This document shows, one piece after another, positions 49,269 through 58,268 of a stretch of 64,000 nucleotides of DNA. Position numbers and translations under genes: made by a program. The DNA comes from Alphaproteobacteria bacterium (lineage in GTDB: Bacteria; Pseudomonadota; Alphaproteobacteria; GCA-2731375), in assembly GCA_965232515.1 (NCBI GenBank), contig CBDDPY010000002.1, positions 96,001 through 160,000 of the forward strand. The letters run 5' to 3'. The number at the start of each line of letters is the position of its first letter. Positions within the stretch are counted from its first letter, which is position 1. A model generated the notes under the pieces. That model was not told the DNA's origin. It searched no databases and saw only the letters and a list, made by a program, of their open reading frames with translations.

Positions 49269-49813
49269 GTCCGCAGACAGCTCTCGAGATGCGGGCGGAA
49301 ATGGGCGAGGTCGGGCGTCTCCGCGCCGACGACCTTGCCGCCTTCGTCCCAGCGCCGGACTCTGACGCCGTCGTCGGCATAAGGCTGGGCGGCAAACGCC
49401 TCGGCCTCGTCGGTCGTGAACGGACCGCCCTGAAGTTCGAGCGTGCGGACGGAGCCGGCCGACAAGCGGTCGAAGTAATCCGGTTCGGTCGCGGTGAGAT
49501 AACGCTTGGCGGCGACGTGCCAGTAGACCGGCATGACGACGTCGTCGTCGAACCATTGGGTCAGGTAATCCCGCCCACGGTCCTCGTGCTTCGCATCCTC
49601 GCCACGCTCCAACGCCGCCCATTCGTCCGGATTGAGCAGGTGGCCGATGTCGTGCAGCAGGGCCGCCGATATTAGCGCGGGCGATGCGCCTTCCTGCTCG
49701 GCCAGCGTCGCGCATTGCAGGGCGTGCGCCAGTTGCGTTACCTGTTCGCGGGTGCCGTAGAGGCGTTTGCCGCCCCGCGCCATCACTTCGAAAATCTGCT
49801 CGATCGGATCCAT
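49265..49813 (-). CDS. HD-domain diiron oxygenase/phosphohydrolase, PhnZ/TmpB-like
   Basis: Y...EQVTQLAHALQCA, LLHDIGH, HE, HVAAKRYL, LQGG, RRWDE. Confidence 0.8.
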   Translation of the reverse strand: MDPIEQIFEVMARGGKRLYGTREQVTQLAHALQCATLAEQEGASPALISAALLHDIGHLLNPDEWAALERGEDAKHEDRGRDYLTQWFDDDVVMPVYWHVAAKRYLTATEPDYFDRLSAGSVRTLELQGGPFTTDEAEAFAAQPYADDGVRVRRWDEGGKVVGAETPDLAHFRPHLESCLRT

Positions 49814-49837
49814 GACCTGCCCCCGTGTTTTCGATTG

Positions 49838-50980
49838 CTAGACGACGCGCTGCCCCTCGCGCCAGACCTGCCGCACAACCGGCACGCCGACGCGGTTGTC
49901 GACGCGCACCAGATCGGCGCGCTTGCCGACCGCGATCTCGCCGCGATCGTCGAGACCGACCATGCGGGCGGGATTGCGAGCGACGCGGCCGACGGCATCC
50001 GGCAGCGTCATCTCAAGCCGGTCGTGCATGATGAAAGCGCTGTGCAGCAGGCTCGCCGGCACATAGTCCGACGAAAGCGCGTCGAGCAGGCCGCGTTCGG
50101 CAAGCTCGAGCGCCGCGACATTGCCCGAATGCGAGCCGCCGCGCACGACGTTGGGCGCGCCGGCGATGGTGCCAAGCTTGTGTTTCTGAGCCGCCGCCGC
50201 CGCTTCCACCGTGGTCGGGAACTCCGAAATGGTCGCGCCTATCTGGACCGCCTCGTCGATGTGCTCCGGCGTGGTGTCGTCGTGGGTGGCCAGAACCAGG
50301 TCGAGTTCCCGGCAGGCGGCGACGATGGCGCGCTGGTTGCGATCGGCGTTGCGCGCTTGGCGTTCCTTACGCTCAGCGACGAGGGCGGCGATGCCATCCT
50401 CATCGAGGCCGTACTTGCCCTGGTAGTAGACCTTCCAATGCTTGAGATTGCGGAACTGCCGTTGGCCCGGCGTGTGGTCCATCACCGAGACCAGCCGCAC
50501 GAGCGGATCGTTCTGGAACTCTTCGAACATCTCCGCGGCATGGTCGCCGCCGATCTCGCAGCGCAGATGGATCAGGTGCTCGGCGCGCAGAATGCCGTGA
50601 TCGCGGGCGGTGTTGATGTGGTCGAGGATTTCGCGCACGCGCTCGGCCAGGCCATAGGCTTCCGACGTGTCGCCGACCCGCACGGCATCGAAGACCGTGG
50701 TGATGCCGGCCGCGGACACGTCGGTGTCGTGCGCCATCAGGGCCGGCGTCACCGGCCAGCGCACCTTGGGGCGCGGCGTCAAGTGTTTCTCAAGGTTGTC
50801 GGTATGCAGCTCGACCAGACCTGGCAGCAGATAGTCGCCTTCAAGATCCTGGCTGCCGCCGGCTTCGGTCTGTCCGCTGGCGATGTCCGCGATCTTGCCG
50901 TCCTGTACACGAACGCTGCCGTGCACGACCTCGTCGTCGAGCACGATCCGGGCGTTGGCAAAAATCAGTTCGGTGCTCAT
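49838..50980 (-). CDS. phnM: Alpha-D-ribose 1-methylphosphonate 5-triphosphate diphosphatase
   Basis: PGLVELHTDNLE, MDHTPGQRQF, THDD, GAPNVVRGGSHSGN, SSDYVP. Confidence 0.95.
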   Translation of the reverse strand: MSTELIFANARIVLDDEVVHGSVRVQDGKIADIASGQTEAGGSQDLEGDYLLPGLVELHTDNLEKHLTPRPKVRWPVTPALMAHDTDVSAAGITTVFDAVRVGDTSEAYGLAERVREILDHINTARDHGILRAEHLIHLRCEIGGDHAAEMFEEFQNDPLVRLVSVMDHTPGQRQFRNLKHWKVYYQGKYGLDEDGIAALVAERKERQARNADRNQRAIVAACRELDLVLATHDDTTPEHIDEAVQIGATISEFPTTVEAAAAAQKHKLGTIAGAPNVVRGGSHSGNVAALELAERGLLDALSSDYVPASLLHSAFIMHDRLEMTLPDAVGRVARNPARMVGLDDRGEIAVGKRADLVRVDNRVGVPVVRQVWREGQRVV

Positions 50981-51696
50981 GCGGCCTCTCGGTACGCCGC
51001 GACGTCGAAGCTGCCGGTCGCCACGCGGTCACGGACGTCAGCGTCGTGGAAGATGCCGACAACAGCCGCCTGCCGCGCCCGGGCGTCGTTGATCAGCTCG
51101 ACCACCGCGTCGCGGTTGGCGGCGTCGAGCGATGCCGTCGGTTCGTCCAGCAGCAGGACCGGATAGTCGGCGACGAAGCTGCGGGCGATGTTCACGCGCT
51201 GCTGCTCGCCGCCCGAGAACGTCGCCGGCGGCAGCCGCCACAGGCGCTCGGGCACGTTGAGCCGGGACAGCAGGTCGGCCGCGCGGGTGCGTGCGAGGTC
51301 GGCGTCGACCGCGCGCATCAGCAGCGGCTCCATCACCAGGTCGATGGTCGGGATGCGCGGGATCACGTGCAGGAACTGGCTGACATAGCCCATCGTGCGG
51401 CGGCGGATGTCGAGCACGGTCCGGGGCTCGGCGCCGGTGACCGGCACCAGCTCGCCGTCATGGCGAACGAGGACGCGGCCGGTCCGCGGCAGGTAGTTGC
51501 CGTAGATGCAGCGCAGCAGGCTCGACTTGCCGGCGCCCGACGGGCCGGCCAGCACCAGGCATTCGCCGCCATGCACCGCCAGGTCCACGCCATTGAAGAC
51601 CGGCAGCTCGAGGCCGTCCTGCAGATGCAGCGTGAAAGCCTTCTGCAGGTCTTCGACGACCAGAAGCGGTTCGGACTGTTTCGACATATCGGTCAC
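50977..51696 (-). CDS. phnL: C-P lyase ABC-ATPase subunit PhnL
   Basis: FTLHLQ, GPSGAGKS, YVSQFL, PATFSGGEQQR, GIFHD. Confidence 0.95.
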   Translation of the reverse strand: MTDMSKQSEPLLVVEDLQKAFTLHLQDGLELPVFNGVDLAVHGGECLVLAGPSGAGKSSLLRCIYGNYLPRTGRVLVRHDGELVPVTGAEPRTVLDIRRRTMGYVSQFLHVIPRIPTIDLVMEPLLMRAVDADLARTRAADLLSRLNVPERLWRLPPATFSGGEQQRVNIARSFVADYPVLLLDEPTASLDAANRDAVVELINDARARQAAVVGIFHDADVRDRVATGSFDVAAYREAA

Positions 51697-52469
51697 ACCG
51701 AGACGATGGAGGAGACGAGGAGCTGTGTATAGGGATGCTGAGGATCGTCCAACACCTGATCGGTCAGGCCCTGTTCGACCACCCGGCCGCGCTGCATCAC
51801 CATCAGCCGGTGCGAAAGCAGCCGCACCACGCCGAGGTCGTGCGTGACGATGACGCAGGCGACGCCCAGCTCGCGCACCAGACCGCGCAACAGGTCGAGC
51901 AGGCGGGCTTGCACCGAGACGTCGAGGCCGCCGGTCGGCTCGTCCATGAAGACCAGGCGCGGCTGCGTGACCAGATTGCGGGCGATCTGCAGACGCTGTT
52001 GCATGCCGCCCGAGAAGGTCGCCGGCAGGTCGTCGATGCGGCCGTCTTCCATCTCGACCCGGTCGAGCCAGTCGACGACGTCACGCCGGATGTTGCCGTA
52101 GTGCCGCGCGCCGACCGCCATAAGGCGTTCGCCGACATTGGCGCCGGCCGACAGGTTCATGCGCAGACCGTCGCGCGGATTCTGATGCACGAAGCCCCAG
52201 TCGGTGCGCATCAGCATGCGCCGCGCCGGCTCGGACATGGCCGCGAGATCGGCCATGCCGTCGACGCGGGTATTGTATTCGACGCGGCCGCCGGACAGGT
52301 CTAGATGCGCCGAGAGGCAATTCAACAGCGTCGTCTTGCCGGAGCCGGACTCGCCGACGATGCCCAGGATCTCGCCCGGCCAGAGGTCGAAGCTGACGTC
52401 CTCGCAGCCGATCCGGTCGCCGTAGAACTTCGAGACACCGGTGGCGCGCAGCAGCGGCTGTTCACTCAT
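51693..52469 (-). CDS. phnK: C-P lyase ABC-ATPase subunit PhnK
   Basis: GESGSGKT, RTDWGFVHQNPRDGL, DDPQHPYTQLLVSS. Confidence 0.95.
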   Translation of the reverse strand: MSEQPLLRATGVSKFYGDRIGCEDVSFDLWPGEILGIVGESGSGKTTLLNCLSAHLDLSGGRVEYNTRVDGMADLAAMSEPARRMLMRTDWGFVHQNPRDGLRMNLSAGANVGERLMAVGARHYGNIRRDVVDWLDRVEMEDGRIDDLPATFSGGMQQRLQIARNLVTQPRLVFMDEPTGGLDVSVQARLLDLLRGLVRELGVACVIVTHDLGVVRLLSHRLMVMQRGRVVEQGLTDQVLDDPQHPYTQLLVSSIVSV

Positions 52470-53368
52470 GCCGCATCTCCCTCTGCCCGCCGTTCGGCGC
52501 AGTATTCGGAATCCGAGCAGCAGAACATCCGGCCGCCCTCGTCGTCGATCACCACCTCGTCGAGGAAGGTGTCGGTCGCGCCGCAGAGCGCGCAGGGCTC
52601 GTCCCAGGTTTCGATGTCGAAGGGATAGTCATCGAAGTCGAGGCTTTTGACCGGCGTATGGGGCGGGATCGCGTAGATGCGCTTCTCGCGCCCTGCGCCG
52701 AACAACTGCAGGGCCGGATTCCGGTCCATCTTCGGATTATCGAACTTCGGGATCGGGCTCGGCGACATCACGTAGCGCTCGTTGACCAGGACCGGATAGT
52801 TGTAGCCCTTGGCGATACGGCCGTATTTGGCGATGTCCTCGTACAGGCTGACCTGCATGGTGCCGTACTCTTCGAGCGCATGCATCTTGCGGGTCTCGGT
52901 CTCGCGCGCCTCGATCCAGCGCAGCGGCTCCGGGATCGGCACCTGGTAAACCAGGATCTGGCCCTCGGCCAGCGGCGTCTCGGGCACACGGTGCCGGGTC
53001 TGAACGATCGTCGCCTCTTTCGTTCGCTCGGTGGTGTTGACGCCGGCGGTCTTGGCGAAGAAGCGCCGGATGTTGACGGCGTTCGTCGTGTCGTCGGCGC
53101 CCTGATCGATTACTTTCAACACATCGTCCGGTCCGATTACGCTCGCCGTCACCTGGATGCCGCCGGTGCCCCAGCCGTAGGGCAGGGGCATCTCGCGACT
53201 GCCGAACGGCACCTGATAGCCGGGGATCGCCACGGCCTTCAGGATCGCGCGGCGGATCATCCGCTTGGTCTGCTCGTCAAGGAAGGCGAAGTTATAGCCG
53301 TCGATTGTTGCAGTTCGGTGTTGCCCGTCATCGGCCGGCGTTGCCTCGTCTGTCACGGATTCGGTCAT
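52466..53368 (-). CDS. phnJ: Radical-SAM C-P lyase PhnJ
   Basis: YNFAFLDEQTKRMIRRA, GWGTGG, DQGADDTTNA, CALC...CSDSEYC. Confidence 0.97.
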   Translation of the reverse strand: MTESVTDEATPADDGQHRTATIDGYNFAFLDEQTKRMIRRAILKAVAIPGYQVPFGSREMPLPYGWGTGGIQVTASVIGPDDVLKVIDQGADDTTNAVNIRRFFAKTAGVNTTERTKEATIVQTRHRVPETPLAEGQILVYQVPIPEPLRWIEARETETRKMHALEEYGTMQVSLYEDIAKYGRIAKGYNYPVLVNERYVMSPSPIPKFDNPKMDRNPALQLFGAGREKRIYAIPPHTPVKSLDFDDYPFDIETWDEPCALCGATDTFLDEVVIDDEGGRMFCCSDSEYCAERRAEGDAA

Positions 53369-54462
53369 TCCGCCGCCTCCTGGTGCGCTGCTCGGTTACG
53401 CTCGATCTGCTCGCGCATACGTCGGACGATCACCAGCTCGGACTGGAAATCGACGTAGTGCGGCAGCTTCAGGTGCTGCACGAAGCCGGAGGCCTCGACA
53501 TTGTCCGCGTGGTAGAGCACGAACTCCTGGTCCTGGCACGGCGCGTTGACGTCCTCGCCGAGCTCGTCGGCGCGCAGCGACCGGTCGACCAGCGACATGG
53601 CCATGGCCTTGCGCTCGCAATAGCCGAAGGTGAGGCCGTAGCCGCGCGTAAATTGCGGCGGCTGGGTTGCCGAGCCCTGGAACTGGTTGATCATGTGGCA
53701 CTCGGTGACGGTGATCTCGGCGATCTCGATGGCGAAGCCGAGCTCCTCCGGCACGAACTCGACCGCGACCTCTCCGACCCGGATCTCACCGGCAAACGGA
53801 TGCGTGTTGCCGAAGCCGCGCTGGTTCGAATAGCCGAGCGCGAGCAGAAATCCCTCGTCGCCGCGGGCGAGCGCCTGCAGGCGGGCGTCGCGGCCGGCCG
53901 GAAACTGGATCGAATCCCGTGTCAGGTCGGCCACCGGTTCGTCGTCGGCCGGCAGTTCCGGTTCCATCATGCCGTCGCGGTCCAGCAACTCGACCACGCG
54001 GGGCATCTCGTTGTCGATGACGTGGTCGCTGAGCTCGCCCTGCGGGCGCTCGCCGTCGGCGGCTAGCGTGAAGTCCAGCAGGCGATGGGTGTAATCGAAG
54101 CTGGCGCCCAGGATCTGGCCGCCGGGCAGGTCCTTGTAGGTGGCCGAAATGCGCCGCCGGATCGCCATCCGGCCCGTGTCGATGGGCTCGGAGGCGCCGA
54201 ACCGCGGCAACGTGGTGCGATAGGCGCGCAGCAGAAAGATCGCCTCGATCAGATCGCCGCGCGCCTGCTTGACGGCGAGCGCGGCCAGCTCGCGATCGTA
54301 GAGCGAACCCTCGGTCATGACCCGGTCGACCGCGAGCGACAGTTGCTCGTCGATCTGCTGCAACGACACTTCGTTGACGTGCCGGTCGCCCCGGCGTTCG
54401 TCGGCTAGCAGCCGCTGGGAATTCTCGATCGCCTTCTCACCGCCTTTGACTGCGACATACAT
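53365..54462 (-). CDS. phnI: C-P lyase complex subunit PhnI
   Basis: MYVAVKGGEKAI, EGSLYD, HLKLPHYVDFQ. Confidence 0.97.
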   Translation of the reverse strand: MYVAVKGGEKAIENSQRLLADERRGDRHVNEVSLQQIDEQLSLAVDRVMTEGSLYDRELAALAVKQARGDLIEAIFLLRAYRTTLPRFGASEPIDTGRMAIRRRISATYKDLPGGQILGASFDYTHRLLDFTLAADGERPQGELSDHVIDNEMPRVVELLDRDGMMEPELPADDEPVADLTRDSIQFPAGRDARLQALARGDEGFLLALGYSNQRGFGNTHPFAGEIRVGEVAVEFVPEELGFAIEIAEITVTECHMINQFQGSATQPPQFTRGYGLTFGYCERKAMAMSLVDRSLRADELGEDVNAPCQDQEFVLYHADNVEASGFVQHLKLPHYVDFQSELVIVRRMREQIERNRAAHQEAAE

Positions 54463-54466
54463 GGGC

Positions 54467-55063
54467 TCAGTTCCTCACGGTCGTTGTGCGCGGCAGGCAG
54501 CAAAGCTGTTGGCCGGCGGTGATGACGAGATCGACGCCGCGCGGAAACAAGGCATTGTTCCGTCGCCACGCCGTCGCGAAGCCGGTCGGCAGGCCATCGA
54601 TGCCGATGCGGGCTTGGTCCCGGATGCCGGGTCCGGACAGGCGCCAGCCGCCGTCCGCCGTCAGCCCGCCGGCCTGAAACAGCAGGGTGGTGGACGTGTC
54701 GGGATACTCGTCGCTGCCCTGCGCGAACGGCGGTAACGCCGGCAGGTCGCCGGCGATCACCGCGAAGCGGGCCACGCCCGGGTCATCGGTGATCGGGCAG
54801 CCGCAGTGGAAGCGCAGGAAATCCGCCGCCTGCGCCGCCGCCGGATCGAGCCAGACAGGCGTGTCGAAGTCCGCCAGCGCGAGGCAGACGGCCGTCGTCG
54901 CGGCGTTTAACGGAGCAGGCGGGTCGAGCGCGATATCGATCTCGCCGATCGTGCCGGGCTGCGCCATGGCCGCCAGCACGCAACGAAAGACCGATTGGGC
55001 GTCGAGCACCGGGTCGGTAAAGCCGGGTTCGATCCGGGATGCGTCGAGGGCTTGGGTCGGCAT
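54467..55063 (-). CDS. phnH: C-P lyase complex subunit PhnH
   Basis: GFTDPVLDAQSVFR, FHCG, YPDTS, GPGI, FPRGVD. Confidence 0.95.
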   Translation of the reverse strand: MPTQALDASRIEPGFTDPVLDAQSVFRCVLAAMAQPGTIGEIDIALDPPAPLNAATTAVCLALADFDTPVWLDPAAAQAADFLRFHCGCPITDDPGVARFAVIAGDLPALPPFAQGSDEYPDTSTTLLFQAGGLTADGGWRLSGPGIRDQARIGIDGLPTGFATAWRRNNALFPRGVDLVITAGQQLCCLPRTTTVRN

Positions 55064-55065
55064 CG

Positions 55066-55521
55066 CTAGTCGTCCCCCCGCACCACGGTGAAAAAGTCGA
55101 CCTTGGTGGCGCCGGCCTTGACGGCGGCGGCCTGCCGGGCGTCGTCATGCATCTTGCACAGCGGCTCGACGACGCCGTCGCGCACGTCTTCGCGACAGTC
55201 CGGGTCCTGCATCATGGCGTCGACCACGGCCGACAGTTCGGCATGGCGTTTGTTGCGGCCGCTGACATAGCCGTGGCCCGTCATGCCGTTGTCGAGGCGG
55301 ACCGTGCAGCGGGTCACCGTCATCTCACCGAGGTTGAAGCGTATGCCGGTGCCGCCCGCGCGGCCGCGCACCATGACCATGCCGACCTCCGGCCGCCGCA
55401 AGGTCTGCCAGCCCGGCTTCTGCGGCAGGTTGTCCCAGAGGACTTCGAGATCCTTCGGCTGCGCCTTCGCCAGAACGGACATCCAGCGCTGCCGTTGGCT
55501 CTGCTCCATCGAAACTGTCAT
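55066..55521 (-). CDS. phnG: C-P lyase complex subunit PhnG
   Basis: RQRWMSVLA, GRAGGTG..FNLGEMTVTR, TKVDFFT; start could be 55533, 55521 or 55509. Confidence 0.95.
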   Translation of the reverse strand: MTVSMEQSQRQRWMSVLAKAQPKDLEVLWDNLPQKPGWQTLRRPEVGMVMVRGRAGGTGIRFNLGEMTVTRCTVRLDNGMTGHGYVSGRNKRHAELSAVVDAMMQDPDCREDVRDGVVEPLCKMHDDARQAAAVKAGATKVDFFTVVRGDD

Positions 55522-55636
55522 CTCGGATTGCACTCCTAGACGAATTCATCTAAACATCTAGACATCCATATGAATTGTGCTTAGAATAGTCGGAACGAGA
55601 TCGTCGTAAAGAGATTTCTTGTGAATTTTCCATGAC

Positions 55637-56380
55637 GTGCAGGGATCGTCAGCCGACATGAACCTGGATCGCGGCAGCGGCGTCGCTTTGTGGCGCCAGA
55701 TCGAGCATGCGCTTGCGCAGGAGATCGCCGATGGCGTCTTCGCGCCCGGCAGCCGGTTGCCGACGGAGCCGCAACTGTCGAACCGGTTCGGCGTTAACCG
55801 GCACACATTGCGGCAGGCCCTCGTCGCGCTTGCCGACCGCGGCCTTATCCGGATCGAGCAGGGGCGCGGCACGTTCGTCCGCGAGGACGTCATCGACTAT
55901 GCCGTCGGGCCGCGCACGCGATTCTCGGAAATCGTCGGCCGGCAGGACCGGACCCCGGGCGGCGAGCTGATTGCGGTCGTCGAAGTGCCGGCGGATGCGA
56001 CGGTCGCAAAGGCGCTGGGCATCCGCAAGGGCGCGCCCTGCATCCGGATCGATTCGAAGGGCAATGCGGACGGCCAGATCCTGACGGTCGGCTCGCACTT
56101 CATCTCGACCGAACGCCTGCCCGGAATCGGCGATGCCTATCGCGAGACCGGATCGATGACCAAGGCATTGCGGAAATGTGGGATCTCCGACTACTCGCGC
56201 AAGACGACCCGGGTGACCGCCCGGATGCCCAGTGCCGATGATGCCACGCATCTGAAGCAGCCCGCCAACCGTCCGGTGCTGGTGGCGGAATGGCTGAACG
56301 TCGACAGCAACGGCAAACCGGTCGAGTACGGCATCACCCGGTTTGCCTCGGACCGCGTGCAAATCGTCTTCGAGACCTGA
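55637..56380 (+). CDS. phnF: GntR/HutC-family phosphonate regulator PhnF
   Basis: LWRQI, LPTE, FGVNRHTLRQAL, QGRGTFV, UTRA domain; divergent from phnG. Confidence 0.92.
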   Translation: MQGSSADMNLDRGSGVALWRQIEHALAQEIADGVFAPGSRLPTEPQLSNRFGVNRHTLRQALVALADRGLIRIEQGRGTFVREDVIDYAVGPRTRFSEIVGRQDRTPGGELIAVVEVPADATVAKALGIRKGAPCIRIDSKGNADGQILTVGSHFISTERLPGIGDAYRETGSMTKALRKCGISDYSRKTTRVTARMPSADDATHLKQPANRPVLVAEWLNVDSNGKPVEYGITRFASDRVQIVFET

Positions 56381-56516
56381 GGTTTGGACGCCTGACCTGA
56401 CGCTTTGCCTTAACCGGTCTGGCCGGTGTAGGTTTCGGCCCGTTGCGCGACATCTAGGAAGGCCCGCGGCGTCAAGACGGGTCATCCGATCTGGGGGACT
56501 GGGGAGGTCACACCAA

Positions 56517-57812
56517 ATGGCTAAACTGCGCGCGTTGCCGCTGGCGGCGCTGCTGACGCTACTCGCGTCGCCGTCTCAGGCACAGGATCCGGCGTTCAGC
56601 GCCGGCGATACGGCCTGGATGCTGACATCGACGGTGCTGGTTCTGTTCATGACGCTGCCCGGCCTGGCGCTGTTCTACGCCGGCCTGGTGCGGGCGAACA
56701 ACGTGCTGTCGGTGTTGATGCACTGCTTCGCTCTGGCCTGCCTGATGTCGTTGCTGTGGCTGGTCATCGGCTACAGCCTGGCCTTCGACGACGGCGGCGG
56801 CATGCAGGCTTATATCGGCGGGCTGAGCCATATGTTCCTCGCCGGCATCGGCCCGGAGACGCTGTTCGGCAGCATCCCCGAGACCGTCTTCTTCATGTTT
56901 CAGATGACCTTTGCCGTCATCACGCCGGCGCTGATCGTCGGCGCTTATCCCGAGCGCATCCGCTTTCCGGCCGTGCTGCTGTTCAGCGCCATCTGGCTGC
57001 TGGTGGTGTATGTGCCCGTGACGCACTGGGTCTGGGGCGGCGGCTGGCTGGCCGACATGGGCGTGATGGACTTCGCCGGCGGCATCGTCGTGCACGTCAC
57101 CGCCGGCACTTCGGCGCTGGTGTTGGCCTGGGCGCTGGGCGGCCGGCGCGGCTTTCCCAAAGACCTGCAGCCGCCGCACAACCCGGGCATGACCATGATC
57201 GGCGCCTGCATGCTCTGGGTCGGCTGGTTCGGCTTCAATGCCGGCAGCGCGCTGGTCGCCGACGGCAATGCCGGCATGGCCATGACCGTGACCCACATTT
57301 CATCGGCCATGGGCGCCATGACCTGGGCGGCGGTCGAGTGGATCCGTTTCGGCAAGCCCAGTCTGATCGGCATCGTCACCGGCATGGTCGCCGGCCTGGC
57401 CTCGATCACGCCCGCTTCGGGCTTCGTCGGTCCGGTCGGTGCCCTGATCATCGGTTTCGCGGGTGGACTGATCTGCCAGTTCGCCGTTGGCTGGATCAAG
57501 AACGTGGTGAAGATCGACGACTCGCTCGACGTGTTCGCGGTGCACGGCGTCGGCGGCGCGCTCGGCACGCTGCTGACGGCGTTCCTGGCGACCGGCACGT
57601 TCGGCGGGCTGGGGCTGGCCGACGGCACCGGCATGGGCGGTCAGTTCATCGTCCAGCTTACCGGCGTGATCGCCGTGCTGGTTTGGTCGACCGTCGCGAG
57701 CTACGTCATCATCAAGGTGGTGTCGGCGATTTGCGGCCTGCGCGTCTCCGAGGAAGAGGAGCTCGAGGGCCTCGATCTCGTGGCGCATGGCGAGCGGGGC
57801 TACGATCTCTGA
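56517..57812 (+). CDS. amtB: Ammonium transporter
   Basis: GDTAWML, FQMTFA, DFAGGIVVH, GWFGFNAGS, DDSLDVFAVHG, EGLD...HGE. Confidence 0.96.
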   Translation: MAKLRALPLAALLTLLASPSQAQDPAFSAGDTAWMLTSTVLVLFMTLPGLALFYAGLVRANNVLSVLMHCFALACLMSLLWLVIGYSLAFDDGGGMQAYIGGLSHMFLAGIGPETLFGSIPETVFFMFQMTFAVITPALIVGAYPERIRFPAVLLFSAIWLLVVYVPVTHWVWGGGWLADMGVMDFAGGIVVHVTAGTSALVLAWALGGRRGFPKDLQPPHNPGMTMIGACMLWVGWFGFNAGSALVADGNAGMAMTVTHISSAMGAMTWAAVEWIRFGKPSLIGIVTGMVAGLASITPASGFVGPVGALIIGFAGGLICQFAVGWIKNVVKIDDSLDVFAVHGVGGALGTLLTAFLATGTFGGLGLADGTGMGGQFIVQLTGVIAVLVWSTVASYVIIKVVSAICGLRVSEEEELEGLDLVAHGERGYDL

Positions 57813-57851
57813 TCGGATCGGTCCGGCATCGAGTATGAAAGGAATCTGGCG

Positions 57852-58190
57852 ATGAAAATGATCATGGCGGTGATCAAGCCGCACAAGCTGGAGGCGGTGC
57901 GCGACGCGCTCACCGGCCTCGGCGTCGAGGGGTTGACCGCAAGCGAGGTCAAAGGCTTCGGCCGGCAGGGTGGCCATACCGAGATCTATCGCGGCGCCGA
58001 ATACGCCATCAGCTTCGTGCCGAAGGTGAAGATCGAGATCGCGGTGACGGACGACCGCGTCGACGATGTCGTCGATGCCATCCGCAACGCCAGCCACACC
58101 GGCAAGATCGGCGACGGCAAGATCTTCGTCTACGACATGGGCCGCGCGGTTCGTATTCGCACCGGTGAAGAGGATACGGAAGCCCTCTAA
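57852..58190 (+). CDS. glnK: P-II nitrogen regulator
   Basis: 112 aa; GFGRQ, EIYRGAEY (Tyr51), TGKIGDGKIF, RIRTGE; adjacent to amtB. Confidence 0.9.
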   Translation: MKMIMAVIKPHKLEAVRDALTGLGVEGLTASEVKGFGRQGGHTEIYRGAEYAISFVPKVKIEIAVTDDRVDDVVDAIRNASHTGKIGDGKIFVYDMGRAVRIRTGEEDTEAL

Positions 58191-58268
58191 CGCTTGCGGG
58201 TTGTTCGCGGCTCTGCAAAGCTTTCGCCGAGCCATTCCCATTCCGATCTGCCAGCCGGAGTTGCCGCA

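Noticed and set aside
49269-49715. N-terminal extension of DUF1045 in the ORF track
   Set aside because: It overlaps the HD gene in another frame; the family-like sequence starts at GTG 49268
55515-55521. CTGTCAT as a Pho box
   Set aside because: Single half-site, overlapping the probable phnG start codon and wrongly oriented for phnG
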